From: Curvularia clavata
Lineage: Eukaryota
Direction of reading: 5' to 3'
Length of the DNA stretch: 64,000 nt
Assembly: GCA_023920165.1 (NCBI GenBank)
Contig: CP089274.1
Coordinates: 4,092,001 to 4,156,000, forward strand
Both the position numbers and the translations under genes were made by a program. Under the pieces are notes generated by a model that saw only the letters and a list, made by a program, of their open reading frames with translations, made no database searches and was not told the origin of the DNA. Shown here piece by piece: positions 1 through 13,061 of this stretch. Positions within the stretch are counted from its first letter, which is position 1. Every line of letters starts with the position of its first letter.

Positions 1-2766
1 CCAGGGGGGCCTCCAGGGGCAAGACAGCCGACCTTCTCTCTCGGAAAGAACCATCGAAAGTCTTTCGCAGATCCCATCCTCCCCGATACCGAAGAAGGGA
101 CCACGAAGATCAAGCTTTTTCAATGGCGACAATAGCATGCCACCACCACTGCGACCAGCTTCCGCTACGTCCAATGGCAGCAGGCCATCGACGAGTGACG
201 ACTCCCAACAGGCAATTCTGGGCACACCAAAGAGATTGGCTGTTCCTCCTAACAGAATGTCCATGACTTCGCCCGCAAGACGGAGTGCCAGTGCTACTGT
301 TGCTTCATCTGCTGTGACGCCTACTAGGCAGGCGTCTATTTCACGATCCGCGTCAACTATCAAGAAGCAGCCCCTATCAGCAGCGCAAAATCTTCAAGAC
401 ACGCCCAAGCCGCGTCTGCTGACCAACAGCAAAAGTCTTGCTCCTCGAACACCAAGAGCTCGAGCATCCCTAGGCAACATGTACGGACAAGCAGTTTCGC
501 CTCCGGGAACTGCCGTGACTTCTCCGATCCAGAACTATGAGGCTCCGGCGAAAAAGACACCAGACACTGTTCGGAGGGTCGCCAGCTCTTCATCAGCCTT
601 GCGGGATCACATCGCGAAAGCCAGGGCAGCGAAGAAGCCAGACGTCGCTCCTGCGCCTGTCGAAGCTTCGCCAAAAGCTGCAAGTTCCTCAAATGCTTTA
701 AGAGAGCAGATCGCAAAGGCTAGGAAGGAGGCTGCTAAGCGAGCAAGAGCTGAGCCCATCAGGAACAGCACGCCACCTTCGGATGTCATCATTCCTGACC
801 CCGCTGAGATTGCAACATTTGACTTCGGACTTAACGATGATCCTTTCAACCAACGCTCCAAAGGCGGCGCTTCTGTACTTCGCCGGCGCATCGACACGGC
901 TCGTGGAGATGGCCGCTTAAACATTGCTGCATTGGGCTTAAAGGAGATACCGGATGACGTACTTTCAATGTACACTTATGATCCCAACGATACAAAGGTG
1001 GCTTGGGGTGAGGTTGTAGACCTCACTTCTATTCTGGCTGCCGACAACGAACTCGAAATCATTTCAGACAGCATGTTTCCTGATGTCACTGTCGAAGATA
1101 TGATCGATTCCGATGAGGCCGGTCCTCAGTTTGGAGGTGTTCAGAACATTGACTTGCATGGTAACATTCTCAGAGAGCTACCAATAGGTCTGAGACGACT
1201 CACACAGTTGTCCAAGTTGAATCTCGTAAGTTCCTCTTTCATTCAACGATGGCGCCCTAGCAGCTCGGTCCATGTGCAGAGTACAGTTCTAACAGAATCT
1301 AGTCAAGGAACAAGCTACCCATGGATGTATTTGACATCATCGCTCAGATACCCACATTGCGCGAATTGAAGCTAGCTGAGAACAGCCTGGATGGTCCTCT
1401 GTCGCCGGCTCTATGCGATCTTACAGCACTAGAAGTCCTCGAGCTTCAATCAAATAAGCTGACTAGCCTTCCTGATGGCTTTGAGCGCTTGACCCAACTC
1501 CGCACGCTCAATGTCTCCGACAATCAGCTTCGTGCTATTCCTAGCGAAGTTTTTTCTTCGGTTCTCATCGAGTTGCACGCATCCAAAAACCGCCTTGAGG
1601 GCGCGCTCTTTACCCGCAACTCTGCATCCCACCTGCAAGAATTGCATGTAGCTCAGAATGCCCTAACGTCGTTATGTCAAGACGACTCTATTGATTTACC
1701 TGCTCTTAGGACCTTGAATGCTTCTGTCAACCGTCTCACTTCCTTGCCTGCGGTATCGAATTGGAGTAGCCTAATCACACTATTGGTAGCAGAGAACAAG
1801 CTTACGGCATTGCCAGAAGGATTCACCGATCTCCAGCAGCTTCGAACTGCAGATTTCACAGGCAATGACATAACCCAGCTTGACGAGAAGATAGCCCTTA
1901 TGGAAAACCTGGATCATCTTACTCTGGCAGCGAACCCATTGCGTGATCGAAAATTCTTGACAATGGGAACCGACGACTTGAAGCGTGACTTGGCTTCCAG
2001 GTTGTCTACCGATGATTTGCCGGCCGACATTGACGAGGGCATTGGCAACGAAACCACTGAAGCCGTTCAATCCAAATGGAGCCTCACTCCTTCTGGAACG
2101 TTAGATCTGGCGGGCAAGGATATGAGCGACCTCGAGATTGACGATGCCACATCAGAGGTCCTTGTTAATGGCTTACGTCAACTCCATCTACAGCGCAATA
2201 CATTTGTTGCAATTCCACCTGTGGTCGGATCCTTCCAGCACCTTACTGTTCTCGACCTTTCCAGGAACGCTATTGCCATCGCATTGTCAGCTCCCCTCGA
2301 ACTCGCTCAACTCCGCGAGCTCCGTCTCGCCAGCAACAAGATGACAGGCTTGACCACACTCACGGCGCATCTCACAGCACCAAATCTCGTCACTTTGGAT
2401 GTTTCAATCAACCGGCTGAGCGGTGCTCTGCCTGCTCTCCATGCCTCATTCCCATCCCTCACCACTCTGCTGGCATCGGACAATAAGATTTCTGAGGTCT
2501 CTGCCGAAAGCCTAACGAACTTGCGAATTGTGAACCTTGGCAACAATGACATCGATCGCCTGGAACCACGCATCGGCCTGCTTCAGGGCACTCTGACTAG
2601 CCTCGAGGTCGAAGGAAACAGGTTCAGGGTGCCCAACCGACAGGTGCTTCAGAAGGGAACAGATGCCGTGCTAACGTGGCTGCGAGACAAGATTCCAAGG
2701 GAAAGTTGGAAGAGCGAAGACAGCGCGGCAACCGAGTTTTTCGATGCCGATGATGGTGGTTTTTAA
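1..2766 (+). CDS. Leucine-rich repeat protein (LRRC40-like) with Ser/Pro-rich N-terminus; 5' end probably upstream of window
   Basis: The frame of ORF 137..1369 is open back to base 2. Intron 1226-1302 (GTAAG...CTAAC...TAG) joins ...LSKLNL to SRNKLPMDVF in ORF 1321..2766. Many LxxLxLxxNxL repeats. Confidence 0.88.
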
Positions 2767-3575
2767 GTTTCTTTTTTTTCGGTTCGTGAATTCTTAGATT
2801 AGGGTGGGCAGGCAGGGTTCAGGAAAATCTGGTGACGGGGAATTACAGGAAAGGTCCTGATTTCTGGCAGTGGCTACTATATCTTAGGATTCTTGTAATA
2901 TTTTCGGTGTATATATTAGTCCAGTTATTCGGAGGTGTGCTGGGCATTATTTCAGTTCAAATCTTGAGTTTTTTTGTCGTGTCCAAGTGTGCTGAAGTTG
3001 AGAATGTGCAACAGGTGTTAAAGATGTTTATCCAAAAGTCAAGAATCGATGATGTAGTCGAAAATCAAAATTATTTTCCATGTCTATTTTCCACTCGTTT
3101 GCGGTTGTTAGTTGATAAGAATTTCGTTGGAACATGGCATGCAGTCCCCAGCCTATGCAGCGCCTGGAAGGGAGAGATTAAAAAACATAAGTTCTCATAT
3201 GAGTTCCCGAGACGGCTTGTTACTGAGCAGACTTCTGATCAATGCGTGGGGCGAACCATTCGTGGTGTTGTTCACAGCTTGGCTTGGCGTTGGTGGATCC
3301 CAGGAACCCGCAGACTAGCGTACTAGCGTCGGCGATACGCTTTTCCGTCTACTCGGCTCGCGCACGCTAAGCGGAACCTCGAAAATTCACAGTTGGTCGA
3401 GATTTCTTTCCTCCGACAGCCGTACGATTAACTAACCACCAGGTCCGCCATCGAGGTACGTTAACCATTCCCGCACCGCAACGAGCGCAATCGCACAATC
3501 CGATTGTCAACGCGACAGCGACACGGTGAAACACAGTTGGGCAAGGGCTGATTTGAGAACAGACAATCCGACACA

Positions 3576-4442
3576 ATGGCGATTAAGCACAACCAGCAGA
3601 TCCAGAAGAACCACTTCCACAAGGACTGGTATGTTTAAAATGTCGAGAGAAACTGGAGCTTGCGCATCGTACTGACTTCGAAACAGGCAACGCTACGTCC
3701 GCGTGCACTTCGACCAGGTAATTCCCCTCTCACTTCGCTGAGAGTAGTGGCGCCTGTGTACAAATTTCTGACATTGCATATAGCCTGGCAAGAAGAAGTC
3801 CAGACGCAATGCCCGTATTGCCAAGGCTGCGAAGGTCGCCCCCAGGCCCGTTGACAAGCTGAGGCCTGTCGTCCGCTGCCCAAGTAATTATCCTCCGCCC
3901 ATCGCGCTATCGCAGTTCGCTAACAGTAGCAGCCATCAAGTACAACCGCCGTGTCCGCCCCGGCCGTGGTTTCTCTCTTGCTGAGTTGAAGGGTGAATAA
4001 ATTCTTCCAGCTGTAGTAAACACTGCTAACACCAGCAGCTGCCGGTATCCCCCGCAAGTTCGCTCGCACCATCGGTATCTCCGTCGACCCTCGCCGCCAG
4101 AACCTCTCCGAGGAGGGCCTCAAGGCCAACGTCGAGCGTCTCCAGGAGTACAGGAAGCGCCTCATTCTCTTCCCCCGCCGCAACGGCAAGACCAAGAGCG
4201 GTGACGCTTCCGCCGAGGAGGTCAAGGCTGCCAAGAGCGGTGACAACCTCGTCAAGAACACCGCCTCCATCTTCCCCATCAAGAACGTCGTTGAGCTTGA
4301 GGAGGGCCCCATCAGCAACTACGAGGCCACCGAGAACGCCTACAGGAAGCTCCGTGACTCCCGCGCCGAGGCTCGTCACGTCGGTGCCCGTGAGAAGCGC
4401 GCCAAGGCTAAGGCTGAGGAGGCTGAGTCCAAGAAGAAATAA
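3576..4442 (+). CDS. RPL13: 60S ribosomal protein L13 (eL13), multi-exon
   Basis: Spliced by hand: [39 protein letters not shown]...[48 protein letters not shown]...ESKKK*. Four short GT-AG introns. Missed by the ORF track. Confidence 0.96.
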
Positions 4443-5099
4443 ACTGATCGCTGAAGCGACTGTGTGGTTCTTTGCGATGGCTTACGACACTATAAAAGTC
4501 AGGGTTACGATACGGCAATGGGTATTCCCAGTGTGGGCAATCCCAGCATGGGCGGCGTCACGGTTAGGTCTGTCTAAAATTGGCAGCATGTGAATGATAC
4601 CTAGTTTTCTAAATGCAAGCCGTGCCTCCCATACATGATGATATTCCAACACGAGGTAATCGTTGTCACGTTGATCGTAATATCTTTGCATTGTACAAAC
4701 GAGATAGATTTCGTACTTAAGACTTTAGAGCGCAGCCGGCTTCTACGCACCGCAGTGTCGACTGTTGCAAAAGACTAATATTCTTAGTCTCGAGAAGCTT
4801 TGGTCTGTCTCATTCTCCCTATCGTATGGTCATAACTGTTAGAAATAGGGAAAGCAGGGTCGCTTACCACTGGAGAAAGAGACATCTACGTCATTAACTT
4901 CTGTGTCAAGGGTGAGAAATGAAGAATCCCCTTTGATCCTCCTGAAGACGTGTGCAAGCAGCTGATCGTCACCCAAGGTCTACTTAAAAAAGTTGATTTT
5001 TTTTTCCCCCAAGTGTATATTTTCTTCTATCATCTAATTTCGTCCCGAATCGTTAACATCGTATACATCGCTCATAAGCAACCCCGTCTCGCATACATG

Positions 5100-8040
5100 C
5101 TAAGACTGCAGATTGAAGTTCCAGACGGTAGACTCGTCGAGATCCAGCGGCGGTTCAAAGGCCAACGCATCACAGTTTGGTGGTAGTGGCAACTGAGTGT
5201 CACCGTCTTGATGATAGCCAGCACCAGCCGGGCCAGCTGGACCAGCATCACCGCCGTCGCCCATGATATCCGCCATGGACCAAGGCTCAAAAAACGACGA
5301 ACCACCTGCTTCTGTTGCGGGTGCAAATTGCGCAGCAGCATTGACATCACCCGGACTCTGTCCTTGATACTCACCACCAGACGCACCCCCATCTTCTCCC
5401 TCCCCCTTCTCACTCACCGACTCCCCCCTCGCCCCTACCGTCTCCGTCTCACTCACCGTCTCATCCAGCATACTTGAAAGACACCTTGCAGCCAGGAACG
5501 CCATATCTGATTTCCGCCCCAAATACCACAGCCCCTCAATGCAATCCGCACACCTCGTCCGTGCCTGACTACGCTCACTAACACTCGAATCTATCGACCC
5601 TGCCAACTGCACAAGGATATACCCGGCCCTACACAGCGAGCGAACAAAGACCACAGTCCAAGGTTCCGTCAGCAACGCCGCCTGATTAAGCGCAAAGTGA
5701 AAATCCGCCTTTGCATGCCCTCCAGCACCAGCATCGTCATTCCCATCTTCGGCTTTCGCACTGTGTATGCTAGCGAGACTTAGGTCCGCGACCGCAAGCG
5801 CGTTCTGTCGTCGTAGTGTGGCGACGAGGTGCGAGGCTAGGCGGCAGGCTCGCTCGTTGGGGAGAGAGAGTCGTACTGTGTCGATGGTGTAGAGGAGGTC
5901 CGAGAGGAGGAAGACGCCGAGATGCCAGTGGCCGGCGAGCAGAATGTACCAGGATTGAATGCGTGTGGGAAGCGTGGCGTGGTGCGTTATGCAGTCGGAG
6001 ATGAAGGGGGCGTAGGTGCGTGACCAGTGGTTGTAGACTTGGAAGGCGGCGTTGATGGAGGCCTGTTGGGCGTCAGTGATGTTTCTAGATCATGGAGAGA
6101 ATGCGTTTTTTTTTTGAAAGATTTCTTACCTCAATCTTGCTCGGCGATGCCTTTCGCGAGACCAGTCTTTGAATCTGAGCCACACGCCTGTAGAGCAGTA
6201 CTTTGACTGGGGCAGCAGAGCTCAGTGTTGAAGCGGCGAGCTTGTAGCTGCATGGCCATCGTGTGGCTTCTGGTTCCTCTTGTGAACTTGGATCGCGCAT
6301 GAAGAGGTTGCCCCAGACTTTGTCGTCTTCGGGGTCTTTGGTTTCCTTCGTGTCTGCGGGGATATCGCTCAGGGGATTGCCGACGTCGCCGGTAGGAGAG
6401 GGTTGGAACGGGTTCATGTACATGTCAGGAATTATGGGCCAGGCAGTAGGATCGGGGAGAGTGCTTGGTTGAATCTCCTCTTCCTGCTGGTTTTCGTGCT
6501 GTGGAAGTTCGCAGTCTTCGTCGTCGACTACGACTGTCCGCTCGGAGATCGCGGCAGAGATGGTGTCGAACATGACGCCTAGCCAGTACAACAGGTTGAA
6601 CGTGTCGCGGTCTTCCTTCCGGAGAGGATCTTGGGGTTCTCCGTTCGGTTTCCGGGGCATTTCTTGTTCTGCGCGCTCGAGTGTGCGTCGTTGAGCCATC
6701 ATCTGACGTAGAGCTAGTTCGAGAAAGATGGGTGCATCGTCGTCTTGGATCAGATTCTTGAAGTATTCGTATTTAGATCTCAGCTTAGACGTCGTGTGTG
6801 GAAACGGGCGTGAAATGTCGAGGGGCCGCTGGGTCAGTGAGAAAATGATCATGGCAAAGACGACGCGGAACGAGTCGATGCCAGCTGCACGGTGCAGTAT
6901 CTGGGATGTTTCATGCCATAACGTCTCTTGCATCGAACGCTCGAAACGGTTTGACTGTGGAAACTCGTCGGTTGTGTAATTGTATCCTGTCGTAGGAGGT
7001 TGGGCACCCCTCTCGCCTGCCTGAGCCCACTGAGACGCGAAAGCCACGACAGCCATGTTGAGTGCTTTGGAAACCGTTCGTTCTTCTTCAGCCGTCAAAT
7101 TTCGTACACGGAGGGCGTTGTACGCTCGATCAAGCTGGATGACACGGTTGTACATTCTGTTGCCCCAAGCTGAGCCCCATTCTCGGTTGGCCTTCCCTGC
7201 TGATAGGACCGAAGGCTTGTACTTCTGCAGTGTGTACGGACAGTTGTGCTCTGTCAGCCAGCATGAAAGAGCATTCTCCATGCTATCGTTGTATATCCGA
7301 AGCAGGCCGTTGGTGACGAAACCCTGTGAGCTCCTCTGACCCAGAAACATCTCTCTTAGCGGAAGTGAACCATCGTTCATTGCCCGCCTACCACCAAATC
7401 TTGCGCTGAATGAAGGTCTTTGGGAGTTTGATGACCGAAATGATCCTCTTCTATAGCCCTGACGTGGTCGTACTGGGACAAGCTCGTCAGAAAACATGCG
7501 TTCGGTTGCGTCGTTGTCTGCATCATCAGTCGGTGTAGTGTTTGAGTCATATTCAGGATCATCGTCTTCCATCAGAGACGATGCCCAGTATTTTCTCCTG
7601 TCTGTCACCTCATAGCGATGGCTGCTGCTGGCAACGGCCTGGAGCTCTGCAGGACCCTCGTATCCATGGTGTTGCGTGCTGGAGCCTTCGGAACTGCCAT
7701 TGCTACTTTGAGTTGAAGATCTTATCCGCTTTCGTTCACGGTCTTGAGCAGAGTCTGGCGTAGGTTTCAACCAGTTGAAGGTACAGGCTTGATTCTTCCG
7801 GAGGCAGTTTGAGCACGGTTGGTCTGTAAAGTCTACGCTCTTCTCTGCATCGCAAGCTCTTTTGCTGCGTCGACACGCATCACAACTGCGTCTTTGGCGG
7901 CGACGAGGGGGCTCGGGCTGTAGACTAGATGAATGGGCCACGTATGCTGGGGGTGCCGCTTGTGGGGGATTGTCTGTGCTGTCTTTGGATGGCCGGTTGG
8001 GGACCTCCTTCATCGTACTGCTGTCAAACGTCCTGAGCAT
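5100..8040 (-). CDS. alcR: Zn(II)2Cys6 transcription factor, AlcR-like (ethanol regulon activator family)
   Basis: CDACRRSKRACDA...PCSNCLRKNQACTFNWL has the long C3-C4 loop typical of AlcR, plus LLRIYNDSMENALSCWLTEHNCPY. Intron 6129-6063 joins SKIE to ASINAAFQVYNHW, in frame to the stop at 5100. Confidence 0.82.
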
Positions 8041-8182
8041 GTTAAGATTTTGAGTCCATAGGCAGACGCAACGATCTGTGGAGATAGACTAGTCAGTATA
8101 TCAGGGAAAAGGACTATAACAGACACTTGAGGAAATCTGGTCGCAAGCATTGGAGAGCACGGTGTTCAGGTCCTTGCAACAA

Positions 8183-8220
8183 CCCCGCTTTTTTTTACAT
8201 TCACTGTACCCGTGGCGGGG
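8183..8220. promoter_or_regulatory. Pair of putative CreA/Mig1 (SYGGRG) carbon-catabolite repression sites upstream of the alcR-like gene
   Basis: CCCCGC at 8183-8188 and GCGGGG at 8215-8220, oppositely oriented, 140-180 bp upstream of the ATG. Confidence 0.4.
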
Positions 8221-11200
8221 GATTATCTGCGAGGATCCCAAGACTATGGATTATTCTAAAACGTCACACCCGAGCCTTAGCTTCACAAATGGTCAATAAG
8301 GATCTTGATTTCCGCTACGTGCCGGTTTAGGTGCGTGGTGTCAGCAGCTTGGACCCAATCTGAAGCGCACTTTTTACTCCGAAATACGCAAAAACAACGA
8401 TATATAAAAATTGGGCACAGGCGCTGGGCTGTGACAAATTGCACGTGAAGTGCATTGGCGTTCGGTCGTTTTCCCCTTTGAATAGCGCCTTCTCGGCCGG
8501 TTTGACCAAATCTTCGATCCCCAGCTGAAGCGAATGGCTTCCGCATCACTATTTCTATCACCCTTAGCCACATAAATGTCCATGAATAATAATTGCATCA
8601 TTTCTGCCGCAATGCCGCGCCTTACTAACGCTAAAAGAGTGCCATGGTGGTTGCAAGCATAGTAGATCCAGTGCTTTTCCAGGTGCCGGTGGCATTATCT
8701 GTGTGGCAACAAGGCTTGCTGCATCTTACTTCTATCGACACAGCCACTAGAAGCCAAGCGGCTTTGCCCAAAACGAAGCGCTCGCCGACGACCTTTCTGT
8801 AATGAGCCATTTGACGTGAACATCGATCAATATGCCTGCGGACCGTTTCTGGCTATAGGGTAGATGTTGGGGATAGCGTTGGTTATGCCCGGCTCTGATA
8901 CCGGGATACCTTGACCACGGAAACTCGGATGTGAGCTTTGATTCTCGAACACCTGTACATGCGATGGCTGGTCCGACATGCTTTGCGCGAAACGCATAAC
9001 GTGTTGTCAGTGAGGAGCTTTGTCGAAAGGCAAGTGTCAGTGATCTATCTGGTCTGTGGATAGATACTAAATAGGACTTATATGCTTACGGAGATACGTA
9101 AAAGACTCCGGACTACTACTCATCGGTCTTCTCCGGGAGCATGGACTGTTGAGACGCGCGCTCTGATCAGTGCCAGGGGGCTTATTCCTACGCCTCTCGT
9201 ACAAACGATCAAGTCACCACGTCAGGAAAGTATATACGACCGACGGTCCTTTACGGGCTCTCTTTCAGAAGATCGTCGGTGGTTGTACGGTTAGTCGAAT
9301 GTTCCAGGTTCTGCAGCATCTCCACACATGGCTCTAACGAGGCACCAATCATTCCAAACAGAGCATGCACAATCGTTGAAACCCCCCCTTCAAACGCATT
9401 GTTCCTTATATCTTGGAGGCTTTGAATATGGCCGAGGGCTGCATATGGAGTCATTGCTTCTGTCAGATGTTGGCTATGCATTGTCATGACACACTCCGCA
9501 CCGCGTTTCCGGCCCAGATAAGACTTGGGAGAGCGATCGCCGAATAAAGACATCGGAGTTGGGGAATATGTCAAATCCAGGGGCCGACTCAAGACCCTCG
9601 TCATCTCATTCGAGAAGGTATCTGCAAGCCCAGCCGTGTAAGCCAGTCGCAGGTAGCGAGGCACGGCTTGACTATTCGGATTGATTGCCCCGTCTATGCC
9701 TCAGGGATATCAATGTCTCTTGACTATAGACAGTTTAGTTCCATCTCTTCCGATTTGTCTGTCGCCTGAGATTGCCTTCATCCGACATGCGTCGCGGCCT
9801 CGTCTACGATGGTTTCGGCACTTGAAATGGCTTGAAACCCGTTGTCGAGGGCCAACGACACGTGATTCTCTGTGCTGTCAGTCCCCGGTTGTGTTGTCAA
9901 AGGTGTTTTGACCATCTTTTGCGACGGGTACAACGGTGCTCCGGCATACCGTCCGCATTCTGTGCGCATCCAACTTCAGTCGCTGGTGATGTATCTCGGT
10001 TGTGTCTTTGCCTACGCAGGTCCTGATGTTTCTCATTTATAAGGTGAGCGGTTGTTCATGGTGAGGGCGTATTCTTTTCTGTGGACAATAGATTGGCAGG
10101 TCATTCTCTTCCAAGTAAACATCAAGGGAACACCTGCGAATTTAATCATAACGCTGCAAGTCGGTCCGCCATTCTGTTTTGGTCGGTGCCGCAGCATCGA
10201 GAGATCGAGATCACAAAACCTGATGCAAATTTCCGCCCCAGTGTTTCGCAAGGGGCTTGTTCTTAAAAAGTACGACTTGTATTCTTTTCCTCGCAAGAGT
10301 GGTCGTGGGTCGACGGACCCACTTCCGCCTAGCTGTAAGCGCGCGATCCTGCGGAAGCGCCTGCGGAAGCGCGCCGAAACCGTCTTGGAAACGCAGCCGT
10401 AAGTATCGGTAACCAGCCCGATACCGTAAACAAAAAGCTCGAACATCGCGGCTTTTTCCTGTGTTCATCGTTTCTTGTTTTTTTGGTGAGCAGAAAACCT
10501 GGAAGCTGTGAACCACTATGGGGGCGCTCGCATTGCTCATGGCTGACGAAACAGGACTTCATCTCGTCTCGTCTGAAGCACAAGACACTTCTTTGGCACC
10601 AGCTGTGGTTTTCTCTCGGGGTTGCGCTTTCGCGATTTCTCAAATGCTAATGAATCGGGTATTCCTAATGATGGCAGTCTAGACTTGGCTAGGTGTACCA
10701 CGGATATCTCTGTCGTCAGCTTCAAATGCCGATTGCCAGCAGTAGGTCAGGCTCGGTCTGATTTCAAGCGAAGGGGATGTCTCAACCCCGTAAAAAGTAT
10801 GGACTATTTTTTACTTTTTGGATGGGTGGAGTTAAGTCAAAAGATATGAGAGTGTTCTCGAGCAACATGTCTCAGTCTGACGAGAGGAAAGAAGGTCGTT
10901 CGGCATTCCTTCTCCATTTTGTTTCCCTATCACTAAGCGCTCCACGCTGACGTTTTAACCAGAGCACTCACCGTATTGGTAATCATACTTTAGCCACCCC
11001 GCGAATATGAAATCCATGAATATGATATGCTCGCATATATATAGAACCTGGCTGTAGGTTTGTTGATGAGATCCCAGCTGCAACGCTATACCGGCTGTGA
11101 CACGTTATGCTACCCACACCACCCGCACGGCTCTGCTTCGTCTAGAGATGTAGTCGAATAGGCGCCACAAAAACGATGCGATCTTAGCCGGTTCAGGTAT

Positions 11201-13061
11201 AGATCCCACAGAAAGCTTATCTCCACTGTCAACGATGAGCTAATCATGGATGGGTCCTGGTTCCATTCCTTAGTATGAAGATCCCCCACTTCCTCTCCGA
11301 TATTGGGCTGACCATGAATCATACGGGAGCATCCAGGTGCCAACTGCAAATTATCTGGCATTCACACGTTATAATGTAGAAGATTACTGCCGAGCAGAGG
11401 TGTTCACGCAGACCCACTGACAGAGTGCCACCGTCCAAGCCAGCGCTACACGCTGGCATGCGCCTATGAATTCCTCCTTCTATAATATCACATCAGCGTC
11501 ATGAAGAGCAGGAAAATACACATACACAGCAAGTGTTGAGACGAGATTCCTGCTAAAGCCACACAAGTCAGGCACTGGCGAACACTCATTGACTCGGATT
11601 ACCTAACCTGGTCTCATCATGGGCTTACTCTTCGCAGTGACAAACAGCACGTGGTCGCTTCATGCTTGGAGAACAGTGGGTCCCGGACCTGGCCGCGGCG
11701 TCATGACCATACAGCCCTGAACGAACCGATCTGCAATAGTGGCCTGATCTGAGTACCACACACCCTCCCAGTAGCAGCGAGTGTCCGTCGGAGTTTTCTG
11801 CTACGAAAAAAGAGCAGATTTAAAACGTGCTGCGCAATCTTACCCAAGATCTCCGGTTCATGAAATCTCTGGCAATGATTAATAAGGGGTTGTTGGTGTG
11901 GGAGCAGAATGGTTTGGCGAGCGTCATATCCAAACCTCTGCGCAAACGTTCTTGCTCCACAGCATTCCAGCCTCAGAACTAAGCCAAAACGCCCAGCCTC
12001 CATTGCTCTGCAAAAGACATTGGATAGTGGAAGCGTGAAAGCCCATTCGTCCACGCGTTGTCTCATTTCAAAAGCACGGACGCCAGGAACTTCGAATTTC
12101 CAGCAATGACGATGTCCTTACGTCCGTAAAGATGGCCCGAAGTTCAAACAGGGTTAATCACGCCATCACGTGAGGATGGCGCATAGGATACGGAGAACTA
12201 CCAGGAGAGGTTTCCAAGACAATCTCCACATGTCGTGTGACGTCGCGTCGAAACTCATGTACGGAGAATAACACCAGGAATTAAAGCCGCCATCACCATT
12301 CAGGAACAACACTATTGGTCTGGAATACCAAGCAACGTATCATGATCGCCCACAACCCTTCAATACCGCGCTCCATCCCATCCCCTGTTCCCGAAGAAGC
12401 ACAGTCCCTACAAGAATCGCATTCCCATTCATCTCTTCCTCTTCCCAAACCCTAATCACCTGCGCCCAACGAAGCAAGATGTCACCTAAAGTCGCACTCC
12501 GCTCGCACTCCCGTCAGACCGCTGCCTCCATCTACGCCTTGATCTTCGCATTCTTGCTTGACTCGTGCGTCCAAGTTACCGCTGGATACTTCCTTCGCAT
12601 GCAGTGCGCTGCTAATGAGATTTGGTTCTCGCGGCGTCGAGCCGTCAGTGACTTGATGGAACAGGGTGGTAACAGAGAAGACACGTTTCTCATGTGGCTT
12701 TGAGGCAAGAGACGTATGTGAGTGTTATCTAAGCTGCTTGGGACAAAGTTCATGTTCTTGATATGCCATGGCAGGGAGGTTTTAAAAAAGCTAAAACGAG
12801 AACAGTTTTCTAAGCGGATGAAGACATGAAAACTTCTGATCATGTGAGAGGGGCATAGCCAGAATGATTATATGAACAGTGTAGGTATCAATTGGCAAAT
12901 CATGACCAAGAATCGATTGTCTTTGTTCCAAATCAAGTCTCGTCACTCGAGTGACACGGCGTACATAGCTCCCAAGTGTTACCCTATTTTCCGCCAAGCT
13001 CTCTATCAAGCCCACATGCATAGCACTTGTCGTGTGCGTAAACCAAACTCCTCAAATAACT

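Noticed and set aside
2832..3326. 164-aa ORF downstream of the LRR gene
   Set aside because: Non-ATG start, 3'UTR-like composition, no recognisable domain.
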